A stretch of 64,000 nt of DNA from an uncultured delta proteobacterium (GCA_963817385.1 CAWFOM010000028.1:18393-82392); one strand, 5' to 3'. Positions 9,355-21,049 are shown, counted from the first letter of the stretch. The notes: a model not told the origin generated them from the sequence alone. Made by a program: numbers and translations.

Positions 9355-11149
9355 ATGACGGACAAGCTATCATCTCTTGAAGCCCGCGTGGAACAAATCG
9401 CCGCCCAGGTAGACGCACTGACCAGGAATGTGGAGGCGCTTTCCGTCCGGATGGATCGTTCCGATACCAGACCGGCCCAGAGCGGGGGGATGCCTCAGGC
9501 GGATGACCTTCCTGATCCATCGGAGGAACTCCTGTCATGGGTTGGCCGTTCCTCGCTCCTCCAGCGCCTTTCGACGATCTGTTTTCTCCTGGTCGTCGCC
9601 CTGATCCTGCGCACGGTCACCGAGAACGAAATAATCAACCTCCAGGTCGGTTCTCTCATCGGTATGAGTTACGCCGCCGCCCTGATCTTCATGGGCTGGA
9701 GGAGGTACCGGAGAGCCAACCCGCTGGCGCCCATATTCACCGTGTGCGGCACCGTTCTGATGTTTACCATCGTCGTGGAAGCGCACACCCATTTTGCTGC
9801 CATTCCCTCGGTCCCGGCCTATATCCTCCTGATGCTGACCGGCCTCTCGACGGCCGTGATCAGTTACCTCTATCGGGTGCCGGCCCCGATTGCCGCGGGC
9901 AATCTCGGCATGTGTCTTGCAGGGGCAGCGATCGATTACCCTACGCCTTTTTTCCCCTATCTGGCGATTGTGCTCCTCACGGCCAACGTGCTCGGCACTC
10001 TTGCTGCCCGGGCACACCGATACTCCTGGCTCCGCTGGATATTGCTCCTCGTGACCCTGTTCATGATCCATCTGTGGGGATTCAAACTGGGGATGACCCT
10101 GCTGGGCGGCGAAACACCTTCCCCGGCGCTGGCGGCCGCCTGGTTTCTTCCGTTCCTGGCTCTTTTCACCGCGACATACATGGCAACGGCATTTCTCGAC
10201 ATCATCCGCAGCTTGCCGGGCAGGATCAGCAGATTTGACCTTGCCCTTCCGACGATCAATGTGGCCTGGGCTTTCTTCCTGGCCCAGTATGTGGTGTCCG
10301 CCATGGGGGGCAGCAAACTGCTGCTCGGCGTCGTCGGGGTGGCCGTCGGAGCGGGACATCTGGCAGCGGCGATATGGCTGTCCAGCCGGGACCGCACGGG
10401 CGCGCGCGGAACCAACGCCTTTCTCTCGGCCGGCGTCGTGCTGCTGGCGCTTGCCGTGCCAATGTCCACTGACAGCATTCTCCTGTCTCTCCCGCTCCTC
10501 GCTGCCGTCGCATTCGGGACAGCGGTCGTCTCGGCAAAGTGGCACAGCGGGAGCGTTCGGGTAACGTCATACCTCCTGCAGATTTATCCGGCCGTGGCAA
10601 TGGCGGTCATACTGCTCATCCGGGGAGCAACCGCCCGCCCCATTTCCGGTGAGTGTGGCGTCAGCCGGTGCTCTTGCCTGCATAGCTTTCCTGCATTACC
10701 GGTGGTGCGCCGCCGAAATCCGCCCGAAGAAGCGGCTTTCTTCCAGAGGATTGATAAAGGCGACTTCAGCGCCGTCGCAATTTTTCTGGCTGCTCTCCTG
10801 AACGCATTTTTCATGCTGCGGTTGATTGTCGACCGGGTTCTCGCCGCACTTCTGGTCCCGGCTGAATTGAACAACGCGCTCTCCTGCAGCCAGTCAGTCA
10901 TCATCAACCTGTCAGCCATTGCACTGATGTTCTTTGCCCAGGCGCAGCGCGACCAGGGAGGTGCGCAACGTGGCAATTCTCGTGACCGTGATCGGCGCCG
11001 TCAATGTTTTCCTGTATGATCTCATCCGCGGGCACGGCATGCCGCTGGTGATCAGCGTATTGTCCTTCGGTCTGGCTACGGCGGTTGAATCGGTAATCCT
11101 GGGGCGCTGGCAGTCTCCATCACCGCCGGCGCAGGAAAGCGGCCGCTGA
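9355..11149 (+). CDS. Polytopic membrane protein (DUF2339-like) with N-terminal coiled coil; frameshifted
   Basis: LEARVEQIAAQVDALTRNVEAL followed by many TM segments; the C-terminus continues in ORF 10934-11149. Confidence 0.65.
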
Positions 11150-11465
11150 GGATGCCCGCATTCCTGCGGACGAAAAGCGGGTCCGTGTCGGAAACCGCCC
11201 TCATGCCGGGCGCGCGTCGGACCTCGTCGGATTTTCGGGGAGCCCGGACCGCAACGGGTTTCTGCCCGCGGGATAACGCCGGTGCGTGCGCGGGAGCCGG
11301 TTACAAGGGGTGTTCCGGGAGGGGGGACGCGTCACGATCAATGATGAATCCAGTCGCACAATCATCGGCCGGATGGAGGAAGAACAAGCGACACCGACCG
11401 GCAGCGCGCCTGGTTGAAGCAGGCTTTCTCCCGGCAGGGTGAACGAAGACATTTGTCCTTCGATG

Positions 11466-11687
11466 TCAGGAAGGCTCCGGAAAAGGGAGGGGCAACTGCC
11501 GCCAGCGCACGAGACAACGGCCACAATATATCCTCTGCAGCGCCCTGGCTTGGCAGGCGTCCACATCGATAAAATAGCCGTGCCTTTCGCACCACCGGTT
11601 TTCCGTTGTCCGCCGCTCCCCGGGACCCGTCCCTTCGGCCGTTTCGGTCCCCTTCTCCGTATGCATCACGGCGCCTTTCGCACTCAT
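11466..11687 (-). CDS. Small Cys/His protein ending in QLPLPF
   Basis: WCERH...DAC...CGRC metal-binding-like pattern; alternative start at 11666. Confidence 0.55.
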   Translation of the reverse strand: MSAKGAVMHTEKGTETAEGTGPGERRTTENRWCERHGYFIDVDACQARALQRIYCGRCLVRWRQLPLPFPEPS

Positions 11688-11778
11688 CTCCGGACGGTTT
11701 CACCGGATGCCATTAACCGGGAGCCCGCTCCGTGCAGGCGGGCCCCCGGCGAATGGTTTTAACCGACGGTAGAGAGGA

Positions 11779-12028
11779 TCACTTCTTCGCCTTCGCGGGC
11801 TTTTTCGCCGCCGGCTTGGCTTTTGCTGCCGCCTTCTTTGCCGGTGCTTTTGCCGGTGGCCTTTTTTGCCGGCTTGGCCTTTGCCGCCGCTTTCTTCGCG
11901 GGCTTGGCCTTTGCTGCTGCCTTCTTCGCGGGCTTGGCCTTTGCCGCCGCCTTCTTCGCCGGTTTGGCCTTTGCTGCCGCCTTTGCCGGTGCCTTCGCCG
12001 CCTTCTTTACCGCCTTTGCCATTGCCAT
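11779..12028 (-). CDS. Lys/Ala/Pro-rich histone H1-like (Hc1/AlgP-type) DNA-binding protein
   Basis: AAAGGAGG RBS, MAMAKAVKKAAKAP(AKAAAKAKP/AKKAAAKAKP)n. One indel restores the end ...AAKKPAKAKK-stop. Confidence 0.8.
11860..11985. repeat. 30-nt tandem repeat (about 4 copies) encoding AAAKAKPAKK
   Basis: ggcttggcctttgc(c/t)gc(c/t)gc(c/t)ttcttcgc recurs at 30-nt spacing. Confidence 0.85.
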
Positions 12029-12089
12029 AGATACATCCTCCTTTGGTTGCTTCAAAAGTCGATCCCGCCTGAGCGAGACCGCGTAATCC

Positions 12090-12976
12090 ATCTCATTGTT
12101 CCTCTGCCGCAGGGAGTGGAAGAACTCCCGGATGATACGGGTTACCTCCCGCGGACGTTCCATGGGAACCAGGTGACCGGCGCCTTTCACCGTACGGCGT
12201 CGGGAATTCGGAATAAGGGATTGGATACGGTCGACATCGATGAACCCCTTGCTGTCGCTCTTTTCCCCTTCGACGATAAGAACGGGGCAGGATACCTTGG
12301 GGAGGAGGGGCCAGGGATCGAACTGTCTCCCTCCCATGAAGAGGGCCGCCTCCCGCTGGGGACTGCAGGCGAGCCGGAGGCCGCCGTTATCCCCTCCGGT
12401 CATGCCGTGAAGGATATAGAGTTCCAGCATCTCTTCCGTCCATCCCTGAAACAGGGTGCGGGAGCGGAGATAGGCCATGGCATCGTCCCGGTCTCGCCAG
12501 AAGTTCGTTCGTTTGATCGCCTTGGCGGCGAGGGGGTGTTCGTCAACCCTCATGGCGCCCCGGTAGAACTCCGGGGGGAGGAGGATGGGTTCGATGAGGA
12601 TCATGCCCGCAGCGGGAAGTCCGCAGAGGGCGTTGGCGATCAGAAGCACCGTTGCTCCCATGGAGTGACCGACCAGAAAGGGTCTGTCGAGCTGCAAAGC
12701 GGTGCAGAGGCGGACGGTATCCTCTGCGAGGGTCATCCAGTTGAGTCCCCCTTCGTCCGGATCCGTCTCGCGATGATCGCAGAAGGAGGGGGCGATGATG
12801 CGGTAGTCGTCGGCAAGCTCCCGCGCGAGGGGATGCCACAGCCAGGGCTGGAAGCCGGTGGCGTGGAGGAAGATCAGCGGCGGGCCCTCCCCTTCATACC
12901 GGAGATAGGAGAGCTCCGCGTCACCGATGTTCTGAACGCAGGCTTGCGGAGTATGTGTGGTCGACTCGATCACCAT
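12090..12976 (-). CDS. Alpha/beta hydrolase
   Basis: FLHATG oxyanion motif, GHSMG nucleophile elbow and GAGHLVPME catalytic His. The 3' end is approximate. Confidence 0.9.
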
Positions 12977-13643
12977 TCATCTTACCCAGGTGGTAAATTC
13001 GTCCGTGGCCGCCCGTTCCCTGTCAAAATTGTTGATCGGCGCACCCCCGTCGGGATAGCCCATGGCGGCGCCGATGATGATGGCCTTCGTCTCCGGGATC
13101 GGGATGATCTCCCGGATTAACGCCGGGTAGCTGACCGATGCGGCCAGGATGCAGGTTCCCAGCTCCCCGGGCATGGGCCAGCAGGCAAACGGTCTGGAGG
13201 ATCGCGCCGACGTCCAGCATCGCGTATTCCCGGGCCAGGCTTTTCTCCACGCAGAAGAGAAGCAGGCAGGGAGCATCGAAGAGGGCGGACATGTCGCCTG
13301 CGTAACGGAGACGAGCCTCCTGATCCCCGCGGGCAATCTCCAGGGAGGTCAGGACCTTCTTCCCCACATCCGTATATCGCCGCTTCAGGGTATCCGGCCA
13401 GACGCCGGGCATCGTGGTGTCCGGTGCAGCGACAACCCCGTCCAGCATCCGCTGCCGGTTGGCCTGTTTGAATCGTTCCAGGGGCTCCCCCGTGACCACG
13501 ACGATCTCCCACGGCTGGGTATTCCCCCAGGAGGGCGACCAGCGGGCCGCATCCAGGATCTCCCGGATGAGCTCCTCAGGGACAGGGTCCGGCTTGAATC
13601 TCCGGATGCTCCTTCTCGTGGTGACAGCCTGAAAAACGTCCAT
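12977..13643 (-). CDS. Nitroreductase family protein (frameshift near C-terminus)
   Basis: RRSIRRF...SPSWGNTQPW; the C-terminal GTCI...AMGYPD lies in the second frame. Confidence 0.9.
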
Positions 13644-13668
13644 TGTTCTCCCCTTCGCCGGGCGGCGC

Positions 13669-14217
13669 TCAGAAGATGAAAACGGCCGCTGCGATGACCG
13701 TGGTGAATCCTCCGCTTTTCACGATGGTCGACTGGGTGACGTTCCGGGTTCTGACGATCTTGCCGCTGATCTTGAAGATCTCCTTCTTCTCATCCCAGCT
13801 TTCGTCGACATTGAAATCGATTCCCAGTGTGGAGGCCAGCATGGCTGCAGCCATGTCCTCCGCGTAGTCTCCCGCCTGTTTTTCCGTCTGGCCGTAGGCA
13901 TGGTGTTCACTGATATAGCCGTAGGAGGTCTGGTCGGCCGGAATGGCGCAGCCGACCGACGCGGCCAGGAGACGCTTCGGTTCGTTGCTGCAGCAGCGCC
14001 CCATGACGCAGAAGGTGATTCCCCCCGAAACGAGCTCCTTGAGCCCCTGGGGTTTGGAGATCATCCGGCAGTGGGGCGGAATGATGCTGGAGACCTGCAC
14101 CAGGTTGCACCGTTCTATCCCTGCGTCTCTCAGCGCACGCTCGAAAGAGTGGAGTTCATCCCGGTGGGTGCCGACGCCTTTTGTGAAAAAGATCCTACTC
14201 GGAACAAGACCCTTCAT
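13669..14217 (-). CDS. pdaD: Pyruvoyl-dependent arginine decarboxylase
   Basis: FFTKGVG...SFERALRDAGI..NLVQVSSIIPP (SS cleavage site), YGYISEHH. Confidence 0.9.
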   Translation of the reverse strand: MKGLVPSRIFFTKGVGTHRDELHSFERALRDAGIERCNLVQVSSIIPPHCRMISKPQGLKELVSGGITFCVMGRCCSNEPKRLLAASVGCAIPADQTSYGYISEHHAYGQTEKQAGDYAEDMAAAMLASTLGIDFNVDESWDEKKEIFKISGKIVRTRNVTQSTIVKSGGFTTVIAAAVFIF

Positions 14218-14520
14218 CCGTCGTATCGCCTCATCGATATGATGTGACCCGGAAGCAGCACATGCAGCATCGCGATGAACGCAAACTCTCTGACTCCATT
14301 TGCCGAGATCATGAGCCCGTGCCTTCCCTTCTTCCATCGCGGTTCGTCGCCGTCCGTCCCCGGAGCGGAGGCGGAGGGACAATTAATTCGCAGGGAATAT
14401 ACCAAGCTTCCCGGGCGAATGCCATAAAAATATTTTTCATCCCGGACGGGATCATCCCGAAAACGGTTGCAGGAATCCACGAAAATCTCTACACTGCGGA
14501 AAAAGGAACGGGAGGGTTTC

Positions 14521-15888
14521 TTGAGAAAGAACGGATACGGCCCGATACTGCTGATGCTGCTAGCTGCTGCTCCTGTCGGGCGGCGATGCCCGGGGGGCGG
14601 CGATCCGGGATCTCAGCGATCTCAGGCAGGATCCGCGCGTCTATGTCGATCGGAGGGCAGCGGATCTTCCCCTCCTGCCGGCGGAGATACAGGGCAGCCT
14701 GAATGCCGCCTATGACGCTCCTCGCATTTCGCCCCCTGGCATCAGACAGTCCCCCGTCACACGCTGGAACAGGTTTCCTGGGGGTTTAAGGAATACGGCA
14801 GCAATCCCGGGTTACGGGAAGGACGGGAGACGGCATCCCGCGGACTGGATCCGGAAAATGGCCGTGAATGCCCATCTCGACGATTATCCGCAGGGCGGAT
14901 TTCCCGCCGTAACCGTGAGCCGAATCGATTTTCGCGTCCTCCCCACCCGGGATCGCCATTCCCGCATTCCGAAGCGTCCGGGCGGAGACAACCCGTTCGA
15001 CAATCTCCAGGAATCATCCGCCCCTCCCGGGACGCCCGTCCTGGTGACGCCATATCAGCCGCGACCGGAAGTGGCTTCTCACGGAGACGAGCTACGCCCT
15101 CGGCTGGGTGCCGGCGACGGATCGTCGCGGCGGTGGATGCGGAGTTCATGCAGAGCTGGGAGAGCGGCCGGTATGCGGCGATCGTCCGGGACAAGGCGCC
15201 CGTCCGGGATGATGCGGGCAAGCGCCTTTTTCCGGGCGCCGCTGGGAGCGGTCTTCCCGAAGGACGGGCGAGGGCGCCGGCTACGCCTGGATCCTGACGG
15301 CGGTGCGCGACGCCCGGGGGAAGGCGCACCTCCGGAAGGCGTGGGTGCCAAAGGCCGCGACGGCGGACAAACCTCTCCCGTTCACCCCGCGTCACATGGC
15401 GCAGCTGGCCGCCGGAGCTCGCCGGCGAACCCTACGGATGGGGCGGGATGAATGGGAAAAGGGATTGCTCCTCGCTGATCCGCGATCTCTTCACCCCGTT
15501 CGGGCTTTGGCTCCCCCGCAATTCCCGGGAGCAGGCCGAGGCCGGGAGGTTCATCAGCCTCAAGAATCTCCCGTCGGCGGAAAAGGAGGCGCTGATCATC
15601 CGGCAGGGGGTGCCCTGGCGGACCCTCCTCTGGACGCCGGGGCACATCATGCTCTATATCGGCGTCCATCAGGGGCAGCCCCTGATCTTCCACAATTTCT
15701 GGAGCATCAAGACGCGGGATGCGGCGGGGAACAAGGGACGGGTCATCGTGGGACGTGCGGCGGTGACGACGCTTCAGCCGGGCCGCGAGCTCTCCGGCGG
15801 GGATCTTCCCCGGGCCGATGTCGAGGGGATGACCCTCCTCGGGGAGCCGCCGGAGGCGGAGCCGACGCAGCCGGAGGCGACGCCATGA
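14521..15888 (+). CDS. NlpC/P60 peptidoglycan endopeptidase with SH3 domain; multiple frameshifts
   Basis: Fragments PFDNLQES..PGTPV, YGWGG..RDCSS...LPRNS.EQ, GHIMLYIG. Start approximate. Confidence 0.75.
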
Positions 15889-16778
15889 GCCGGGGGCGTC
15901 TGCCGGCGGATCGCGGAAGGCAACGGGCTCTTCCCGGTGGCAAGTACAAGCTGACGATCGAATACGACGGGACCGGCTTCAGCGGCTGGCAGACGCAGAC
16001 GAACGCCCGGAGCATCCAGGGGACGCTGATCGATGCGGCCCGGGAGCTCTTCGGCGGGGAGGTGGATCTCCAGGGGGCGGGAAGGACCGATGCCGGCGTC
16101 CATGCCCTTGCCCAGGTGGCCCATCTGGACGCCCCCCGCCGCCTCCCGCCGCAGCGGATCCTCTATGGCCTGAACGACCTCCTGCCCGCCCCGATCAACA
16201 TCCTGAAGGTCGAAGAGGCGCCGGCAGGCTTCCACGCCCGCCATCATGCCCGCCAGAGGAGCTATCTCTACCTGATCTCGCGATGCGCGGACGGCCTTCG
16301 GCAAACGCTATGTCTGGTGGGTGAAGGATGACCTCGACCTCGGCCGGATGCGGGCAGCGGCGGAGATCTTCCGGGGATTCCACGATTTCGCCTCCTTCGC
16401 CGACAAGCGGATCGACAAGCACCTCTCCACGGAGGTGCAGATCGACCGGACGGACCTTGCGACCTGGGGAGACCTGATCGTCTTTCGGATCGTCGGCTCC
16501 CACTTCCTCTGGAAGATGGTCCGCCGGCTCGTCGGGATCATGGTCGAGGCGGGACGCGGGACGCCTCTCTCGCAGCCGAGATCGAGCAGATGCTGACCGA
16601 GGCCTCGGCGCTCCCCGCGCAGTGCACGGCGCCCCCCTCGGGGCTCTTCCTCGCCCAGGTCCTCTACGAGGGGGATCGCCTGGCGCCCCTCACGCTTCCG
16701 CCGTTTCCCCTTCTTCCTCCGGTCGAAGGCTTTCCTCGCCTGCCGTCAAAATCCTTGCAGATACCGGAGAACCTGTGA
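15885..16778 (+). CDS. truA: tRNA pseudouridine(38-40) synthase (frameshifted)
   Basis: EYDGTGFSGWQ, GRTDAGVHA, HDFASF, FLWKMVRR, TAPPSGLFL. Confidence 0.9.
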
Positions 16779-17059
16779 TAAATTTATCATCCACATTTCA
16801 CTGGCGGGCCTCTCCTTCGCGGTACGGAACTTCTTCCCGATGCCGGAGGGGACGCCGGGCGTCGGCAGGCGCAACAGCGCCTCCGGCTTGCATTTCCGGT
16901 GACGATTTTCGGTTTCTCTCTTTTTACCGCGGAGACACGCGTACGGGCGGCTAAAACACTGTCCCCTCACATCCTTCCGTTTAGCCCGATGCATGCGCGG
17001 CTTTCCCACGCGGATGGAGGGGGAACGATCAGCGCAGAAGACGACAGGAGAGGTGAACC

Positions 17060-18922
17060 ATGGCGAAGGGGTATGCCGGGCGGTTTCTGCGTGTCGACCT
17101 GACGGAAGGTCGCTGTCGGACTTCACCATCGACGATCAGCTGTTGCGGAAATTCATCGGGGGGAGCGCCCTGGGGGCGAAGCTCTTTCTGGACGGCTATT
17201 CCCTGAGCGCCGATCCCCTCGCCCCGGAGAGCCCGCTCATGGTGATGACCGGGCCCATGGTGGGGAGCGGTTTCCCGGGGACCTCCCGCTTCGCGGTCTG
17301 CGCAAAGTCCCCCCTGACCGGGATCTGGGGGGAGTCGGCCTGCGGCGGGACGTTCGGTCCGGAGCTGAAGAAGGCGGGCTATGACGGGATCGTGATCACC
17401 GGCCAGTCAGCCGCACCGGTCCTGCTTTCCATCGTGGAGGGGAAGGCGCATCTGATCGATGCCGCGGGACTCTGGGGGAAGGACGTCTATGAGACCACCG
17501 ATCTGCTCAAGAAGGGCGATCCCGGCCTCAAGGTCCTCGCCATCGGTCCCGCCGGGGAGAACCTCGTCCGGTTCGCCGCGATCGGAAACGACAAGGGCCA
17601 TTTCGTCGGCCGGACGGGCCTCGGGGCCGTCATGGGGGCCAAGCGGCTCAAGGCGATCTCGGTCCGGGGGAGCGGAAAGCTGGAAAAGGCCGACGAAACC
17701 CGCTACCGGGAGCTCCAGAAGGAGGCCCTCCAGGAGATCAAGGAGTCGGCCCTGGCCGGCTCGCTCCGCGCGATGGGCTCCGACGCGAACATGGACATCG
17801 GCATGATCAACGGGGACGTGCCGGTCAAGAACTGGTCCGTCGGCGAGGATTTCGAACTCTCCTCGGCGCTGAGCGGTCCGACGCTCTCCGAAACCTACCT
17901 CACCCGCGCCCACGCCTGCACCAACTGTCCGGTGGCCTGCAAGCGGGTCGTCGGGGTTCCCGACGGCCCCTTCCGGACGGAGGAGGGGCCGGGGCCGGAG
18001 TACGAGACCTGCGGCACCTTCGGGACGATGATCATGAACCGGGATCTCGCCGGGGTGATCAAGGCCAACGAGCTGTGCAACCGCTACGGGATGGACACGA
18101 TCAGTTGCGGGGCGGCCATCGCCTGGGCGATGGAGCTCTTCGAAAAGGGGATCCTGACGACGAAGGAGACCGACGGCCTCGAGCTGACCTGGGGGAACAT
18201 GGAGGCCGTCCTTCCGCTCCTGCCGCGGATCGCCCGCCGGGAGGGATTCGGCGATCTGCTCGCCGAGGGGAGCCTCCGGGCCGCCCGGAAGTCGGCGGGA
18301 GCGCCGAGGACGCGGTCGTCCACGTCAAGGGGCTGGATCTTCCGATGCACGACCCGCGCGGTTTCCACGGGATGGGGCTCGCCTACATGATGTCGAACCG
18401 GGGGGCCTGCCACCTCCAGCATGCCGTCCTGGCCACGGAGCAGGGGATGGCCTCCTGGCCCCAGCTTTTTCCCATGAAGGACGACTACCAGGGGACGACG
18501 AGCGAGGGGAAGGCGGAGCTCGTCTTTCATGCGGAGAACTACGGGATCCTCGGGAACTCGCTTTCGATCTGCCACTATCTCACCGACTGCCTGAAGCCGG
18601 AGACGATCCGGGACGCCTTCAACGCGATCACGGGCTTCGATTACAGCTTCGGCGACCTGATGGCCTGCGGCGCCCGGGACTGGACGCTGAAACGGGGGAT
18701 CAACAATCTCCTCGGGGTGACGGCGAAGGACGACGTCCTGCCGAAGCGGATCATGACGCCGCTCAAGGAAGGCGCCGGCGCCGGTTCGGTTCCCGACGTG
18801 GAGAAGCTGAAGAGCGAGTATTACACCCTCCGGGGGCTGGATGAACGGGGGTTCCCGCGGGAGGAGAAACTCCGGGAACTGGGGCTCGACGATCTCCGGG
18901 AGAGGCTCTACGCAAACAATAA
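17060..18922 (+). CDS. Tungsten/molybdenum aldehyde:ferredoxin oxidoreductase family protein (frameshifted)
   Basis: MAKGYAGRFLRVDL, KSPLTG, GRTGLGAVMGAKRLKA, CTNCPVAC, GPEYET, DTIS, HDPRG, RGACH. Confidence 0.9.
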
Positions 18923-18934
18923 AGGAGGTGCGGC

Positions 18935-19390
18935 ATGTACAAGAAAGTCCTGGTTCCGCTGGACGGTTCGGCGCTGGCCGAGTGCGCGCTGGATCATGTC
19001 AAGGCGCTGGTCAAAGAGGGCTCCGCGGGAGAGGTGACGCTGCTCAATGTCGTCAAGGTGGATGTCCCCTGGGCCGAGCTGTACGGGCAGCATTTCGATA
19101 TCAACGCGATGCGGGAAGCCCTCTTTGCCTCGGCGAGGAAGTATCTTGCCGATGTGGAAGCGCGCCTCGGCGCCGAAGGGATCAAGGTAAAAACGGAGGC
19201 CCTCGAGGCCAACCGGCCTGCCCACGCGATCACGGATTATGCCCGGAAGAACGGCATCGACCTGATCGTCATTGCCACCCACGGGTATACGGGGATGAAA
19301 AAGCTGATGCTGGGCAGCGTGGCCCTGAGCGTCCTGCACGACTCCCAGGTTCCCGTGCTCTTGATCAGGCCGGAATCGTGTCGCGGATAG
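18935..19390 (+). CDS. Universal stress protein
   Basis: YKKVLVPLDGS...DLIVIATHG...LGSVA...PVLLIR. Confidence 0.92.
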   Translation: MYKKVLVPLDGSALAECALDHVKALVKEGSAGEVTLLNVVKVDVPWAELYGQHFDINAMREALFASARKYLADVEARLGAEGIKVKTEALEANRPAHAITDYARKNGIDLIVIATHGYTGMKKLMLGSVALSVLHDSQVPVLLIRPESCRG

Positions 19391-19422
19391 GGGACGGGAA
19401 CATCATGACAAAGGAGGAGACG

Positions 19423-19848
19423 ATGGCGAAATATCAGGCGATGACACAGGAATGGCTCGATGCGTGGAAGCAGAAGATCGCGGAGTCGAAGGAGTACAGG
19501 GAGATCGCGAAGAACTGGGAGGGGAGCGTCTCGATCATCGTGAACCCCGATCCGGAGAAGGGGATCCCGGAGCCGATCTACCTCTTCACGGACTACTGGC
19601 ACGGCGACGTCCGGGATTTCCTCATCTGCGACAAGGCGAAGGCGGAGAGCGCCAAATTCGTCATGTCGGGCGACTACGCCCGCTGGAAGCAGGTGGCGAA
19701 GAAGGAGGTCGATTCCACCAAGGCCCTCATGCAGGGGAAACTGAAGCTCAAGGGCGATCTGACCTACGTGGTCCGGAACATCAAGACCGTGAACAAGGTG
19801 ATCGATCTGCTCTGTGAAATCGAGACCGTCTGGCCGGACGAGGTGTAA
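19423..19848 (+). CDS. SCP2 sterol/lipid-binding domain protein
   Basis: AKNWEGS...W..V...D.TKALMQGKLKLKGD signature; AAGGAGG RBS. Confidence 0.85.
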   Translation: MAKYQAMTQEWLDAWKQKIAESKEYREIAKNWEGSVSIIVNPDPEKGIPEPIYLFTDYWHGDVRDFLICDKAKAESAKFVMSGDYARWKQVAKKEVDSTKALMQGKLKLKGDLTYVVRNIKTVNKVIDLLCEIETVWPDEV

Positions 19849-19885
19849 CGGGGCGGCGGGGATCCCGCCGCGGAAGGAGGCATCC

Positions 19886-21049
19886 ATGGCATACGATCGG
19901 GATTTGTCGTTTGTCTATTTCGGTCCGACGAAGGTCGTCTTCGGCGCCGGCGCCGCACGCGACTGCGAGATGGAGATGGCCGGTCTCGGCTGCGGCCGGG
20001 CGCTCGTCGTGACCGATCCGGGGGTGATGAAGGCGGGGCTGGTCGAGGGGGTCCTGAAGGCGCTCGGAGAGAAGTGCGTCGGCGTCTTCAGCGACGTTCC
20101 CCAGGATACCGGCGTGGGCGTCGTGAACCGCGCCGCCGCCTTTGCCCGCGAGAAGGGGGCCGACTGCGTCGTCAGCGTGGGGGGCGGGAGCGTCATCGAC
20201 ACGGGGAAGGTGGTCTGCATCCTCCTGACGGAGGGGGGCGGCCTCGAGAACTTCGAGGGGATCCAGCTCCTCACCCGGCCGCAGACGCCGCACATCGTCA
20301 TCCCGACGACGGCCGGGACGGGGAGCGAGGTGACCAGCATGGCCGTCATCCTCGACGAGCGCAAGGGGCAGAAGATCCTCATCGTGGAGTACTTCAACAC
20401 GCCGCGGATCGCCATCCTCGATCCCCGGATGACGGAGAAGCTCCCGCCGCTCCTGACGGCCTCGACGGGGATGGATGCGATGACCCACGCCGTGGAGGCG
20501 CTGCAGTCGATGCAGCGCGAGCCGATCGCGGACGGGCTGGCCATGCATGCGATCCGCCTGCTCTCCCGCCATCTTCCCGTCTGTACGGAGACGGGGACGG
20601 ATCTGGCGGCCCGGGGCCAGGTGCAGCTCGCCGCGACGATGGCCGGCTGGGCCTTCGGGAACGCGATGGTCGGCCTGGTCCATGCGATGGCCCACTCCCT
20701 CGGGGCGGTCGCCCGGGTGCCGCACGGGATCGCCAACGGCATCCTCCTGCCGCATGTGATGGCGTTCAACCTGGACGACGCGGCGGAGGGCTATGCGATG
20801 GTCGCCGAGGCCCTGGGCGTCCGGGAGAAGGGGATGGACGAGCGGGAGGCCGCAGAGGCGGCCGCCGAGGCGATCCGCTCCTTCCTCGGGCGGATCGGCC
20901 ATCCCGTGCGGCTGTCGGCGGTGGGCGTGAAGGAGGAGGACCTTGCGAAGGCGGCGGCGCTGAGCCTCTCCGACGGGGCGATCGTCAACAATCCGCGGCC
21001 GGTCCTGGATGCGGAGGAGGTCCTGGCCGTCTACCGGACGGCGTTCTGA
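19886..21049 (+). CDS. Iron-containing alcohol dehydrogenase
   Basis: GGGSVIDTGK, PTTAGTGSE, GMDAMTHAVE, HAMAH, HGIAN. Confidence 0.95.
   Translation: MAYDRDLSFVYFGPTKVVFGAGAARDCEMEMAGLGCGRALVVTDPGVMKAGLVEGVLKALGEKCVGVFSDVPQDTGVGVVNRAAAFAREKGADCVVSVGGGSVIDTGKVVCILLTEGGGLENFEGIQLLTRPQTPHIVIPTTAGTGSEVTSMAVILDERKGQKILIVEYFNTPRIAILDPRMTEKLPPLLTASTGMDAMTHAVEALQSMQREPIADGLAMHAIRLLSRHLPVCTETGTDLAARGQVQLAATMAGWAFGNAMVGLVHAMAHSLGAVARVPHGIANGILLPHVMAFNLDDAAEGYAMVAEALGVREKGMDEREAAEAAAEAIRSFLGRIGHPVRLSAVGVKEEDLAKAAALSLSDGAIVNNPRPVLDAEEVLAVYRTAF

Noticed and set aside
11759..12976. Alpha/beta hydrolase fused to a histone-like tail
   Set aside because: A strong internal RBS and ATG at 12028, plus an out-of-frame TGA right after the hydrolase domain, suggest two genes joined by an indel.
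18075..19848. AOR or SCP2 ORFs extended across the USP gene
   Set aside because: These are read-through or upstream extensions in GC-rich DNA. USP and SCP2 each have their own RBS and ATG.
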